A stretch of DNA of 64,000 bases from the human T2T-CHM13v2.0 reference genome, Homo sapiens. The stretch lies in the NCBI RefSeq assembly GCF_009914755.1, contig NC_060937.1; one strand, given 5' to 3'. The notes below the pieces were generated by a model. It did no database searches. It saw nothing but the letters and a program-made list of their open reading frames with translations, and was not told the origin of the DNA. The stretch's first letter is position 1. Every line of letters starts with the position of its first letter. A program made the translations under genes and the position numbers. Shown piece after piece: positions 15,462-29,959 of the stretch.

Positions 15462-16510
15462 CAGCTACTCCTACTAAGCAGTCCACTCTGCCTGGAAGTT
15501 GCTGGAAGGACTCCATGCGAAAGTGGTTTCTCTCCTCCCAGAACATGATTTTACTGGTTTCTTTCAAAGCCTATTCATCATCCTCCCTTCAGGACACTCT
15601 TAAAATTTGCCTTCTGTGGAGCTCTTTACCATAAGAACAAGCAACAATGACATGTTCCAGCCCATTAGTGTTAATATTTGTTGATCCGAAGATGGAAAAT
15701 ACATTTTACTAGACCCTTGTTTCCTTCTTGCTGCTGAGTATATTTTCAATCTATAAAGCTTAGATAAATTTCGTATATGCTCACCTTTTTTTGTGGGAGA
15801 CTTGCAAGAGAAACCTACCCTAAAAGCTAACCTAGCCACCTTCTATTTGCAGAAATAAAGCAAAAATCATTTTAGTGTTGATTTTGATGTACCAGAACCT
15901 AAATTGCTTAAATTAAAAACTTTTTAGAGCAGTGTGTAGAATTCTATTTGTGTCCGTGAGTATGGCTAATAACTCCATTTTAAGAACCAGAAAAGGAAAT
16001 AAAATAAGTTAACCATCTCCCTTGAGCTGCAAAAGTTGCTAATCAAAAACTTCATGTAAACAATGTACCGATATCAGACTCTGGTTATGATCTGTATACA
16101 TTTAGTGTGCAATTCAAGTATAAAGGCTTTCATTTTTTGGCAGCCCAGATGCAAACAATAAAATAATCCTGCTTATTTCCTCTCAGCAGCAGGTTTTGTC
16201 ATCCATATGTAACTGACCGAACAGTGTTTAGCCACAAACAGAAAACACTTTCTGCAGGTGGTTAGTTGTCTTTAATATGTCTCATCAAGCCTATCTGTGT
16301 GCTTCTGTGTGGGCTGCTGTGCTCTTCAAGGCCTAGGTCAAGTGCCTTGGCCAGTTAGTGGTTAGATAATTAATAGAGACTCACTAAGTATGTATTATTT
16401 ACCGACTACCACTTTCCTGATTGCTTTGAAACTAATGAAATGAACAAAAAATGTAATTATGGTCCTTGAGGGAATTTATGATCTAGTTAGAAGGGTTAGG
16501 AAATACTTTG

Positions 16511-16800
16511 GGCCCAGACACAGTGGCTCACACCTGTAATCCCAGCTCTTTGGGAGGCTGAGGCAGGAGGATTGCTTCAGCCTAGGCGTTCAAGAGCAGT
16601 GTTGGCAACAAAGTGAGACCTCATCTCTACAAAAACTAAAAGAAAGAAAAAAAATAGCCGGGGGTGGTGGTATGGGCCTGTAGTCCTAGCTAGCTCCTTG
16701 GGAGGCTGAGGCAGGAAGACTGATTAAGCTCATGAGGTCGAGGCTGCAGTGAGCTATGATCACAGCACAACAATGAGACCCTGTCTCAAAAAAAAGAAAA
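16511..16800 (+). mobile_element. AluJ
   Basis: Diverged Alu dimer with small right-arm deletion; tail expanded into a purine tract. Confidence 0.85.
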
Positions 16801-16941
16801 GAAAAAGAGAGAGAGAGAAAGAAGAAAGGAAGGAAAGAAGGAAGGAAGGAGAGGGGAGGAGAGGAGAGGAGGGATAGGGGAGAGAGGGGAGGGCAGGAGA
16901 GAAGAGAGGAGAAGAGAGGAGAAGAGAAGAGAAGAGAAGAG
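16788..16941. repeat. Polypurine (GA-rich) tract from Alu tail: GAAA, GGAA, GGAGA and GAAGA units
   Basis: 154 nt with only two pyrimidines. Confidence 0.95.
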
Positions 16942-18104
16942 CAAAACTTTGGAATTGTTTCATAGGAGTGGTACCTTTTCCCACACTGACTGTAAAAAGT
17001 TCAGAGAAACAAAGGGATTTTCACAGCAGTGCTTGCAATTCCAACATCTGCCTTGTGACTTTCAATTTTGAGTTAATATTTGAAACTGTCTTCATTGCCT
17101 GCATAAAGTGATCAAGTGACCATCAGTACAAAGACTTTTTCACATACCTGTTTTAATTGCTCTGGAGAATGCCTGATTCTCTGAGTTATTGCCTAGAGGT
17201 TTTCAGAGTAAATTACAAGAGTACTACATAGACTTTATATTAAGTCGGGTCACCCCAAATATTTTATGAAAACCTGCCCAGCCATTTCTACATGACATGG
17301 TAACAAGCATAGAGATGAAAATTTTATTTATCTAGATTAGGCAAAATTCTCCTATACGCTATGTTTAATGCCATGGGTTGTCTATATTTTATCTTTATAT
17401 TGTGCAAATGTGTGTATGTGTATTATACACACATGTATGTAGAAGTACATATGTGTGCACATATATGTGTATAATTGTATGTACACAAGTACATACATAC
17501 AAATACTACATGTACTATCAGGCTTTCTCAGGGGAGACTTAGTGTTTTTTTTATCTTTACTGGAAAAAACTGTTGTTGGTAATAGCAAAGACATTTTGTG
17601 TTAGCCATTAACGAGATAGCAGAGAAATCCTTTGCTATCTAATATGTCACGGTGAAGGCCACTGGTATGAGCTTATGTTGAAATTCAGGATTTTTCTGAT
17701 GTCATGAGTGTACTCAGGTGACCACATTTTGAATCTTTTTACTTTTAAAAACAATTCCCCACCCCAGTTCTTTAGCTGAGATTGTCATTTGAAGACGTGT
17801 GCCCTGTTCATCCAGTTGCACATGACCAGAAGGCCCTGGAGAATGGTTTAAGCCATTTTGAAGAGCACAGACATGGGGGAGAAGGAGGTAATCGTCATCA
17901 ATACATCATCCCTACCTCTTTCAAACTTCTGTATATTTTTCGTACTTGGTTGGTTTGTTTTTGAGATGGGGAGAAGACAGAGGGAGGACAGAGGCTCTCA
18001 AGGAGTTTGTGAGTTTAGAGCTGGCCTGATGGCCATGAGCAGCATGTTTTCCATCTTGAAGAAAGAAGAGGTGGGAATTCAGAATGGTGCAGCTGCCTTG
18101 GTAA

Positions 18105-18585
18105 AACCTTACGGTGGCTTTATTTCTACTTACCAAATACTAGAAACAACCTATATGTCCCTTGACTGAGAAGTGGATAACTGTGCAGTATACCTATGCA
18201 GTGGAATATTACTTAGCAACAAAAAGGAGCAATACACAGAATACAGTGCTTTGCTGTGCAAATGCATTGTGCTACATGAAAGAACCCAGACTCAAAAATG
18301 ACACCCTTTCGTATGATTTTGTATAAATGCATGATTCCACTTATTTGACATTCTGAAAAAGACAAAAACTGTGGGGACCAAAATTAGATCTGTGGTTTCC
18401 AGGGTCTTTGGGTGGAGGAAAAGGGTGACTACAAAGGAGCACAAAGGGTTTGGGAGAGTGACAGAAATACTCGGTGTCTTGATTATGGTGGTTACACAAG
18501 GGTGCGCAGTTATCAAAACTCACAACTGTACATTAAAAAGGATGAATAATTATTGTATGCAAACTATATCTAAAAATAAATAAGA
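18105..18585 (+). mobile_element. Old L1M (MD/ME-like) 3' end
   Basis: aaatactagaaacaacctatatgtcc...tatgcagtggaatattacttagcaacaaaaagg...tatcaaaactcacaactgtacattaaaaagg. Confidence 0.75.
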
Positions 18586-18700
18586 AACAGATATATATAT
18601 TCCAGTAATTGCTTCTTGGTATTTGAATCAGGCCAAGGATAACATCTATCAGAAAGGTCTTTTATTGATATTGAAATTCTGCCCCAACGCATTCCCTCTC

Positions 18701-18702
<2 letters not shown>

Positions 18703-18748
<46 letters not shown>

Positions 18749-18761
18749 TCTCTCTCTCTCT
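18703..18761. repeat. (AC)22 followed by short (TC)n
   Basis: Direct reading. Confidence 0.97.
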
Positions 18762-19788
18762 GCCTGCCCCCACCATCTCATATTTTCTTGTAATCATTTT
18801 TATGGGATTTATAGGATGTCCAGCTCATGCACAAGTGTCAGCCTCTTGTTTGTAATCTCGGTAGCTCAGCCTCCCGAGAGTGATCCAGCCATCCATGACT
18901 GAGTTTTGATTCAAGAAACAGGACTGTGATCAAGATATTAATTCTATGCATTATAAACCAGGGAACAGTTGGAAAAAAACTAAAGCTTAGTCTCCTTTAA
19001 GACTGGAAAAGTTGTACTTTATATATGCATATGTGAATAGTAGCAGGGAATTTTCTTGCATTCAATTTTCTCATTCCTGAGAGGTTAGATGGTTCAAATG
19101 TGCTGGGGCAGGGAGGGATTTTCACTCGGCTGTCAGAGCTTCATATCCCTCACTATTTTTGAGTTTTAAGAAGATATTTAAAATGCTTATGTTTCTATAC
19201 ATTACATTAACTTTTAAATATGAATATTATAGTAAATAATAAATCATAATTCACAAGTGCAAAGACCTTCTGTGCCCATGTTTAGCATATTTGGTCGATT
19301 TCTTTTCCATGGCACTCAATGACAGCTGAAGAAATTTCTTTAGGATGACAGATTGTCAGCACATTGACATAGATTGTTTTAGATGTATATTTTTAGTGGG
19401 AATGAATGAAATTTAAGTGAGCTTTTCTCAGAAATATAGTAATAAGGAGAAGAGTTGCTATTTCATGTGTCAAGCTTACAGGACTTTTTTCCCCCTCTTT
19501 GGGTTATAGTCAACCTAATTAGCAATTATTAACAAGTATCTTACAAAATAAAAAGAAAATTTGGAATTTGCTGAAAGCATCCTAACATCTACTAGAATAG
19601 CGCTATTGATAAGTAGTAAAGAAATTTATCTCAAATCTCCCTTGCCCAAGATAGAGAAAAATTAATTAAGAATACTCTAGAATTTTTTTCTGGTCCTTTA
19701 TTGAACTTCATTACTTAATTAGTCCTTAGAGAGAAGAACCATCAAAACTTGGTAGGTGGTGACAGCATTTTTTTACATTTATCTGTGA

Positions 19789-20134
<346 letters not shown>

Positions 20135-20784
20135 CATAACTAGTTTTAAAACTATGATTACTTCATAGAATCCTGGTTTCTTCAGAAAACTACTTTATCA
20201 GGATGAAGGGCTAATTGTGTGGTTATGACCTAGTTACTGCTGGAAGTGCTGGAAATCATTCAATAAGAAGGCAGGTGTGTGTTGTTTATTACCTCCAAAC
20301 ATTTGGGACCCTCTCTTCACTGCATAGGGGCCGTGAGTACTGGAGTTCCGAAAGGAGAGTGGGACACACATGAAACCCATTTTAATGAAGGAATGTCCAA
20401 GCTGGTTCCCCAGATGCTGAAATTAGATGGGGACCTACTGGGGAAGAGCCATTTCCAAACAGGAGAGAACAGGCCTAGCTTCCTAAAGGACTGTCTCAGA
20501 TCTTCAGCACTAGCCCAGAGGGAAGTATTTCTCCACACTCACTTGAAATGGCCACTGTGCTACACAGAGCCCTTATCTGGATTCCTTTTAAACTGCAAAG
20601 ATTTTAAAGGAGAGATCTTTATGCTTTTTTAAATTCCAGGTGTATTACTCATTAAATATGGACATTGTAGCCAAGAACAGTGTAGTTCCCATGGTAGTGG
20701 ACCGTATTATATTTTATTTAGTTCTTCTATATTACTTGGTTTTTTTTAAATCTGTGTTTGGCTATTTAAAAGTTTATACTTTGA

Positions 20785-21356
<572 letters not shown>

Positions 21357-22692
21357 AATTTACATTTTGGTAATTGGTTATAGTACGTTCTTAAGAGAAA
21401 CAAATAAAACTTTACATTAACTATTTGGACTTGAAGGAAACGATTTCATCTGCAACTATATAGACTGTTAAGGCCCGTGTTCCCACTTTTTTAGGAATTT
21501 GATGGAGAGGTTGTCTTACTACCATAGGTTTTATTTGGTTTAGGTTTCCTTTTCTATAGTATTTTTACATTTTAAAGGGCCCAAATTGTTCATTTAATGG
21601 GATGACTGTTAATGGGTGGAGTCTCCCAGGGCCGATTAGCTGTTTGAATGCAAGTTTATTACTCATAATGGCACTTTTTTTAAGTGTTAAAGTTTTGGTA
21701 AACATTTCATCTGAATTCATAAAATTAAAAGTGTTGATATTTCATTATAACTGAAGGGAGAAATTGTATAGAATTAGCAGTTGATTCCGTTTGGACTGTG
21801 AATAATTATCTATGGGAAGGGTACCCTGATTAAATCTGACTATTTAAGAGATAAGTGAATCTTAAATTCTTAATTTACAAAAGTTTGATCTATATCCAAT
21901 GGGAATGAATCTCTTTTTGTATTCCATGATTAATTTTTTTTCAAGAATTCCTTAACTCCCATGTTATTTTCCCTGTTTAATTTTGCAGAGGCTATGACTT
22001 CCTCAATGCAAGGTTCCTTCACCCTTGAGAATCTCCTGGTTACTAATGGCCACCATGTGTCACATAATGAGCTTCCAGACTGAAATCAGACCAAGTTTGT
22101 TTCATTTGCACTATAAGAAATGGTAGTTATTCTTCTGTGAAGACATATATAGAATGAGCAGTGATGCATATAACTGAAAATCCCTCAGGGAAGCATTTGT
22201 TATTTGTGAAAAGTGTCATCTCGTTCTCTAAGAACTTCCTCAGCTTTTTCTGTTTGTTTAGGGGAGGGCACAGGAACATGATGGCATGGTGTTACATTTG
22301 GTGATTTGGTGCACACAACTGTCTGTGGTCATGCACTTTGATGTAACTCTTGTCCAACTGGCCTACCCAAAGTACAGATATATCTTCTTATAGATGGCTT
22401 TTAAAAAAAAGTAAAAAGCCCATCCTCAATAGATAAAAACTATTGCAAACAATTTTAAATCCTTAATAAGAAAATAATTTCAAATTGCTGTGCATTGACA
22501 GTATTTGAAGGAGGTGGGGATGTTATAAGGGATGGTTTTTAGAAAGAAAGAGCTGAGAGACATGAATTTTGCAGTGCAGAGAACATGAGCTTTAGATTCA
22601 AGCTCCAGTTGAATGATCTTTCTGTACTTCAGAGTCATAATTATAAAATAAGATTTAGTTGACCTCTGCAGGTAGTAGTGGCAGTTAAATGA

Positions 22693-23340
22693 TGCAGGGG
22701 AGGCAAAGCTTTACCTCTATCCTCTTAGGGTCCTGGCTGGGCCTGAGAATTAAATGGACATGACAAATTAAGCCAGGCACAGTAATCCCAGCTACTAGGG
22801 AGGCTGAGGCAGGAGGATTGCTTGAGGCCAGGAGTTTGAGACCAGCCTGGGCAACATAGTGAGACCCCCATCTCTAAGAAAAAAAAAATTGACAGAACAA
22901 ATTAACAGGAGAAAAGCACACCAATTTATTTAATATAAGTTTTATGTGGCACGGGAGCCCTCAAAGGAAAATAAAGATTAAAAAAAAAACACAGTCAGTT
23001 ATTTTTATATATTGAATTGGACAAACAAAGATAAGTTGTAAAATGCGATAAGGCCAGCAGGCTTGGCCTAGGGTAGGTAATTATTGGAGAAGGAACTAGG
23101 ATGATAAGGGTTAGTTAACAACCTTTGTGCAGATTTCCCTTGGATTCAACCTTCTATCCTTGATGATAAGAATGCTACTTTCCTTTTGGGGTAGGAAGGA
23201 CATCTTTCACATGGGAGTTTCACCTCCTGCCTTTAAGAAACAGAACGAAGGTCACAGTGATCTTCTTGTGCCTGCTGTTTTTTAGGTTCCCTTAAATCAA
23301 AACAGCCAATATGCCAGAACATCATATTTTTAACTCCTTT
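22693..23340 (-). mobile_element. ERV1-class LTR (MER34/MER39-like), interrupted by FLAM
   Basis: gcaaagctttacctctatcctcttagggtcctggctgggcctgagaattaaat...aatcaaaacagccaatatgccagaacatcatatttt resembles the antisense MER34/39 family; subfamily uncertain. Confidence 0.6.
22771..22888 (+). mobile_element. FLAM (Alu monomer) with small 5' deletion
   Basis: Monomeric Alu with A-tail; TSD aaatggacatgacaaatta / aaattgacagaacaaatta. Confidence 0.85.
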
Positions 23341-23879
23341 GGTGGCATGAATATGGAGCTCCTACCTGAGTCTAAACACATGCAGCCGCTTCCCAGACAC
23401 GGAGTCATTGCCATAGATGATTATGTGGGATCTGACAGAAGTTTGTTACTTGAAAATAATTTCACACAAGTCTTCCACGTTGGAGGGCAGCTGTGGGCTG
23501 CAGAAGAGCCTGGAGAGAGTAGTCCCTGTGGCCTTGCCTCCGTCCCTGAGTGTATTTAGATGAACAAGGACCTTTCCCCTGAACATTTGTCTGCATGGAT
23601 TTTTAAGGACTCCCTTCTCTGGAAGCTGCCCTCAAAGCATTTCAAGTGCTCTTGCTGATGGCAGATGAAGCTGCCGTAAAGCAGGGGGATGTGATTGAGC
23701 AAAAAATCTTTTCTCTTTCAACCCAGGAGAGCAAAATAGTAACTCTACTTCATGAAAACAAAATTGGCTGTTTCCAATAGAGCACTCAGATCTTCAGGAA
23801 AATGTAGCATATTTCCTAAAGGAGGTTAAAGGTGAATGAAACCTTTGCTGGTGGTTCCATATATTCTACCATAATCGTA

Positions 23880-24120
23880 ATAACAACAGCAGCTCACATT
23901 TATTGGGCCTTTTAATGTACCGTCCATTGCTTTAAGTGTTTTACACATACTGTATTCACTTATTTAATGTCCACCAACTCCTAAGTCCCTGTTAGATGAT
24001 CTTCATTTTACATGAGGAAGCCAAGGCACCCAGAGGTGCGATGTAACTTGTCCACACTCAAACAGCAGCAAAGCTGGCATTTAAACCAGACATGCTGATT
24101 TTAGAACACTAACTGCATAT
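23880..24120 (-). mobile_element. MIR
   Basis: cagctcacatttattgggcc...cattttacatgaggaagccaaggcacccagagg...taacttgtccacactca. Confidence 0.75.
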
Positions 24121-25601
24121 GCTGCATCTATAATGAGTAAAAATCTATAACAGGTAAAAATGTACAATGGAGAATGGTGGGAACCAGTACCAGGAACCTG
24201 TGCAGACCTGGTCAGAGCAGGAAAGGAAATAAACACAGTTACATGATTATAAAACAACAAATTGGATAATAAGATCAGTCCTGAAAAGTCAACCAAAAGA
24301 TGCTCACGCCAGACATTATTGCACAGTATCTTGAATCAGGCCCAGATATCTAAAATAAGCCTCTTTCCAGTGATTTTTCAAGAATCTTGCTTATTATATA
24401 GGGTGCAGCAACTCATTTTGACTTTAAAGGAGTAGTGTGGCAGGCTCCTGGACACCTGGAGGCACTATATGAATTTCTGCCTAAAAATTCATCCATAGGA
24501 AGGAGATTTGCTGAACTGAGAAAGTGAACATTTCACAAGAAGTACATATGTCTCCATGCTAAGAAGTAACTCCCTGGGCGATCGCCGTCATGCTGAGTGT
24601 TTCCATCTCCAAGCCCTGCTGCAGCCTGCCTCCTTGTCTCCACCCATGCCTGGAAAACCTAACCCTCATAAAAGTCTCAGTAAGCAACAGTGAGAATAAC
24701 TGTAAGGTGTTACAGGAGAGATGGTTTTGGCAGCCAAAAAGGGCTTATGATCCTAAGATCCACCTTAAAAGTGTTCTGTTGCCCAGTTCTGTATTAATTC
24801 TGAGCAGAGGCAGCAGAAAGCATCTTTCAGGGTCGAGAATTTCTGAGATCTTGACCGTCAGGAAAAGGATGCTTCCAGGCAGCCGTGGAAACTGAAATCC
24901 GAGCCCTAATCTTGCTCAGAGCTGCTGAGGTCTGTTTGTAGGAAAACATCGGGTTATTGTCTGAATAACATACATCCAAGTTACAACGGGAAAAGAAATC
25001 TGCCTTATGGAAAGAGAATGAACATTTGCTGGGTAGAGTTTATGCCTGCCTAGATGCTCCACCTCCAGGCTCTAGGTACTCTACTTCGGAGTGCAGTCTG
25101 CGCTCCCTCTTCTGGGATGGCTGCGGAGCCCAGGGCATCTCTCTCTAAGGCTTTCAACAAGTCTTATGGGCTGTCTAGACTCGCTGTCTTGGAATGAGTT
25201 AGTGCTCTGACCTGAGGAAAATTCCCCATGTTTCTCAGTGTCAAGCCAAAATCTCTAGGGCTTCAGTATTGCCCCACGGTTCTGGCCCGCTGGCCAAACA
25301 CATAACTCTTTTTGCAGCTCATACAGGTAAATGTGAGCCAGTGCTGCTCTTACAACCTGCCTCCCACATCCCTGTCTGTGGGTGGCTCTCTCCTGAAGAT
25401 GGTACTTCTCCAGAAGTTTCCAAATGATCAGAGAGGAACTGCTTCTGGGTACTCCTCCTTCTCCTTCTTCTTCTTGCCAGAGGCCTTGAATTTGCTATTG
25501 AGAGATTTGGCAATATACTTTGAAACGTGAAGATAATGAAGTTGTTGGGTGTGAACAAATGTTACTTGACTATTTAAATATTAAAAATATGATATACATG
25601 G

Positions 25602-25980
25602 TGTATTAGTCCATTCTCACACTGCTAATAAAGAACTGCCTGAGACTGGGTAACTTACAAAGGAAAGAGGTTTAATTGACTCATAGTTCTGCATGGCTGG
25701 GGAGGCCTCAGGAAACTTACAGTCATGGTGGAAGGGGAAGCATACATGTCCTTCTTCACATGGCAGCATCAAGGAGAAGTGCAGAGCAAAGTGGGGGCAG
25801 AAAGCCACTTATAAAACCATCAGATCTCGGGAGAACTCCCTCATTATCACGAGAATAACATGTAGGTATCTGCCCCCATGATTCAATTACCTCCCACCGG
25901 GTCCCTCCCATGACACGTGAGGATTATGGGAACTACAATTCAAGATGAGATTTGGGTGAGGACACAGCCAAACCATATCA
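25602..25980 (-). mobile_element. THE1 (THE1C/D-like) MaLR solo LTR, full length 379 bp
   Basis: tgtattagtcc...gacacagccaaaccatatca with TG..CA ends; perfect 5-bp TSD CATGG at 25597-25601 and 25981-25985. Confidence 0.95.
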
Positions 25981-28900
25981 CATGGTAACCTACGTTAGAG
26001 ATTCGTTGTATGAATAGCAGAACTTTAAAAAGTTTTGCCTTGCAGAAAACAGTTCCTATTATTGTTACAAATAAGTATACATCATCTTAGAACTTGTCTT
26101 TACAAATATGAACAATGAGTAATGGCAGGGAAACAAGTGGTTAAGATTCAGTGATTGAGGCTCAGTTTCTATACTGGCAACTCCATGGAGAGCTTGAAGA
26201 CCAGCAGCTACATTCCCTGTCTTGATCATCCGGGGGTAGGAAAAGCATTGAAAGATGGGATGACTAATGCCTGCTAAATGCTGGCCAACTTTAAAAAAAA
26301 TTGACTTTAGTATTATGAGATACGAATGGCATATTTTAATTAGGAAATACAGTAATCCTAAGTGAGCTTCATTTCTTACACAAAATATAGGAAGATGATA
26401 CATGTTCACTGTGCTTGAGAACTTTTTCTCAAATTCAATGCAGAAAGGCAGTCTGTGAGGCAGTAGGAAATGCAGCTGCTGGAATTCTGTTATCAGTATG
26501 TGTATCAGTTCTGATTGAGTTGTAAAATAGAAGCCTGATGTGCTGGATATTAATTTAGCAATAGATAAGTCTGAAAATAGACTTACCTTCAATTTCATCA
26601 TAAAAGTCAACCTCCCACCTAACACGTTGAAACTCCTGTGGTTGTGAAAGAAGAAAAATGAAGTTCCACTTCCCTTTCATTCCATGAGCCCCTTCAGTGG
26701 TTACTGCCTCACTAGAGGTGCAAGTTACTAGAACCGCAGAATATAAACTGTTACATAAAATGATGAAATATGCGCACAGAAAATAAGGGAGCTTTTTAAA
26801 ATAAAAACTAATTTGTATGCTTTGGAAAGACTCAAAGGTGAGTTTTTTTTTTTTTAAGCTAATTAGATATGGGTAAGACAACTGTGAAAAACTGGAGAAT
26901 TTTTTTTTTAAAGGCGTGAAGGATGTACACTCAAATTGCCTTGTAATTTTTCCTTTACTTAAAACCCTGAAACCGGACATTTTCTAACTGAAATCACATT
27001 GACACTCTGTGGTATCTATGTGTGATGGAGAATATGGAGCCAGGAGAGCAGTTCTTGGATACAGAACCACATTTTGGTTGAATGACTTTATGTTTATGTA
27101 TTCGTAGTTAAATGCAATATGTATGTGGTCAGGTTTCATGGCTTTTTCAAGTGACTAACTACAGGTCTTAAGTAAGTCAGGTGACAGGATTGTACCAGAT
27201 GTAAAAAACGAGTTTAATATAAACTCATCAATTTGTTGAAACTGAATATCAAAATGAGAACCTCAGTGTTTGGGGAACAGTTAAATCTACAACATAGTAA
27301 TTTAGTAGAGGTTCATGGAGTCAATTTAAGGAATATCCCATGATATGTAAAAATATATATGTATATTATTAAATTGTATATTTGTAAAGATGTGGCCCAG
27401 ATATAAACTTTATTTACCTCCAGCCATATAATAAGTAAATATCACACAGATTAGTTGTGCAGTCCAACTCTCGTGCGTGTGCACAGATCAGCCTCGGGAC
27501 CAAAATGCCACATCCCTCTTCCCCATATGTTAGTATTGAAGTTCTGCCAATCCTTCAAAAACTGACTCAGATGTTACCATTACCTGAAGGCTTTCCTAAG
27601 TTCTCCACATCAAACTGTGGTTCACTTAGCCAAACCTGTTTGTCGTTAATACGTTGGAATATTACCTGCTGTTTCCTGTAGCTAGAAGTGGTGCTTAGTA
27701 CTATGGTTTTCGGAATCACAGTACTGAAGAGGCATCTGAGAACTGTGTATGTGTTTGCACACAGTACTCAATCTCTAGCTTTTCTAAAACGCCATCTCTG
27801 GCACATTTGCTTAACTTATTTTAAAGAGCACACACTGAAGTAGTATGACAAGCAGCACAAGAACTTCTGTTTTCTGTGTTGGAAGAAATAACAAATGATT
27901 ATACACAGCAAGGACAAAGAGATGAGTTTTTAGAGAAAAAAGCACATTAGCAATAATATTCCACTGGCGAAGTCACTACCTATGCATATCATATATTGTA
28001 TACATTGGCAAAGCATTTTGTTTCAACTTTGCCTTTTCGTTTTTTCCAGTATGTATAAAATGCTTGTCTTAATTAATAGTCATTTTCTGCTGGGGGTGGG
28101 GTAAGGAATGGCCGTTTTAATGATATTAATGTACAGTGGATTCTTGGCTGTGAAGGAGTGTTACCAAATATTACAGCTTGTATTAAAAGTGTAAAGATAG
28201 AAATAAGTGGTGCCTGTTTAAAAAGCTATAAGATTTAGAAGCCTCTCCGCTCTGACAGGGATGGTAAAGCTCATTTTAATTCTGAAATGCAACTTCCATG
28301 TGTTTTACAGTTTAATTTTCTATAATTTTAACCAATTTTATATAATGAGTTTTGTAGCTTTATAAGTATATTAATCTAACAATTAAATAGAGAAAAACAA
28401 TTGTTTCTACACGTACAGGACTAGAATGTGTGGCTAGTTTCTCTCTTATTGGTACCTCTACACAGTGGAGCTTTCTGTAAACACATTCTAAATATAGAAG
28501 TGTCTTTAAAGATGAGCTTTTCCTCTTTTTCTGTTAAGACAGAGCTTCCTTTGGGCTGGCATTTTGTTTACTCTGAAGGGGCTCCTCCAGGAGAGACACT
28601 CTGAACCCCGTGCATTCTGGGTGCCGAGCTGCCACAGGCTGGTTTGGGGACTTCTCAACTTAGTGCGCAGAAAAATGAATTCTGTGAACTTAAAATCAGA
28701 GTCTCTGCCCAAGGGGACTTCTAGCATCAAGAAAAGGTAGAAGCTAGCTGAGGTTTAAGAGGTTTGTGCAGGAGAAAAATGAGGCGTTAAATGGTTAAAC
28801 ACTGCCAGCAGATTTTTAGCATTGTTTAATAGTTTTAAATTATGGAGGTCTTAGGTCCAAAATGTAACAGTTATCCAACTCACTGACATTAAACATTCAG

Positions 28901-29111
28901 TTGCCAGCTTCTGTTTTCTTGGTCATTAATTTTCAGTCTATGTATTTTCGGTGCTTTGCTAAGAGTTTTGTTAAAATAACTTTTCTTGTTTGCATTCTCA
29001 TTTCCTACAAATTCAGACTTTGCTTTAGAATCCAACAGATGGATACTTGGAGTTAGCTTATTTTTTCCATCTACCCTATTTTTTTTCCTTCTACCTTTTA
29101 TTTAATGAGGA

Positions 29112-29416
29112 GGCCAGGTGTGGTGGCTCACACCTGTAATCCCAGCACTTTGGGAGGCTGGGGTGGACATATCACTTGAGCCTAGGAGTTCGATACCAGC
29201 CTGCGCAACATGGCAAAAATCTATCTCTATAAAAAATGCAAAAATACAAAATTAGCCAGGCATGGTGGTGCACACCTGTATTCCTAGCTACTTGGGAAGC
29301 TAAGATCAGAGGATCACCTGAGCCCAGGGTGGTCAAGGCTACTGTGAGCCAAGATCATGCCACTGTACTCCAGCCTGGGCAACAGAGTAAGACCCTGTCT
29401 CAAAAAAAAAGAAAAA
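29112..29416 (+). mobile_element. AluJ
   Basis: Diverged sense Alu dimer with A-tail. Confidence 0.88.
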
Positions 29417-29959
29417 GAGTAACAAAGTAAGATATCTTTTGTCTGGTTATAATAAAAGCTGTAGTATGTATAATTTACTCAAAAGCAGAGCTTGCTTTGG
29501 AAATCTCTACATGCTTGAAATTTAAAGCAGTGCATATATAGTCTCCATATGTATTCCATACTGTAAACCATGATGGTGTTCCAGGGATTGAGTCTGAGTG
29601 TTTATAAAATGGCACATGGCACTTAATTTTGAAACCGTGGAAATATTTAAATTACTGACTTGATGAAGGCTATAGATCAATGTAAGAACTTATTAGTTCT
29701 CACATTGATTTGGATGCATTCAAAGATGCTAAATGATTGCCAATATAGTTTTTTTTTCTGGACTATTTAATTCATGGTAGGTATATCCAGTATGTATAAG
29801 AAAGTAAAAAAAATGCAAACACTTTAATCTCAAATAACAGTATGCAGTGCTCTAATATAATATCTTCTACTCTGAAGGGCAGGTCATAAGAGCAGGCTCC
29901 TGGTGATGAGATGGGAGATCATTCTTCATTTGTTGGAAGATCAACTTTATTTCATGCCC

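Noticed and set aside
25318-25326. 9-nt microexon candidate (ttttgcAG|CTCATACAG|GTAAAT, encoding LIQ)
   Set aside because: The pyrimidine tract is short, the branch-like motif is too close, and the insertion would fall inside transmembrane helix M5; likely chance.
26065-26980. Longest ORFs in the track (186 aa and 141 aa, minus strand)
   Set aside because: The translations are F/L/I/S-rich with no recognisable domain, typical of chance ORFs in AT-rich DNA; no pseudogene hallmarks (poly-A, TSD) seen.
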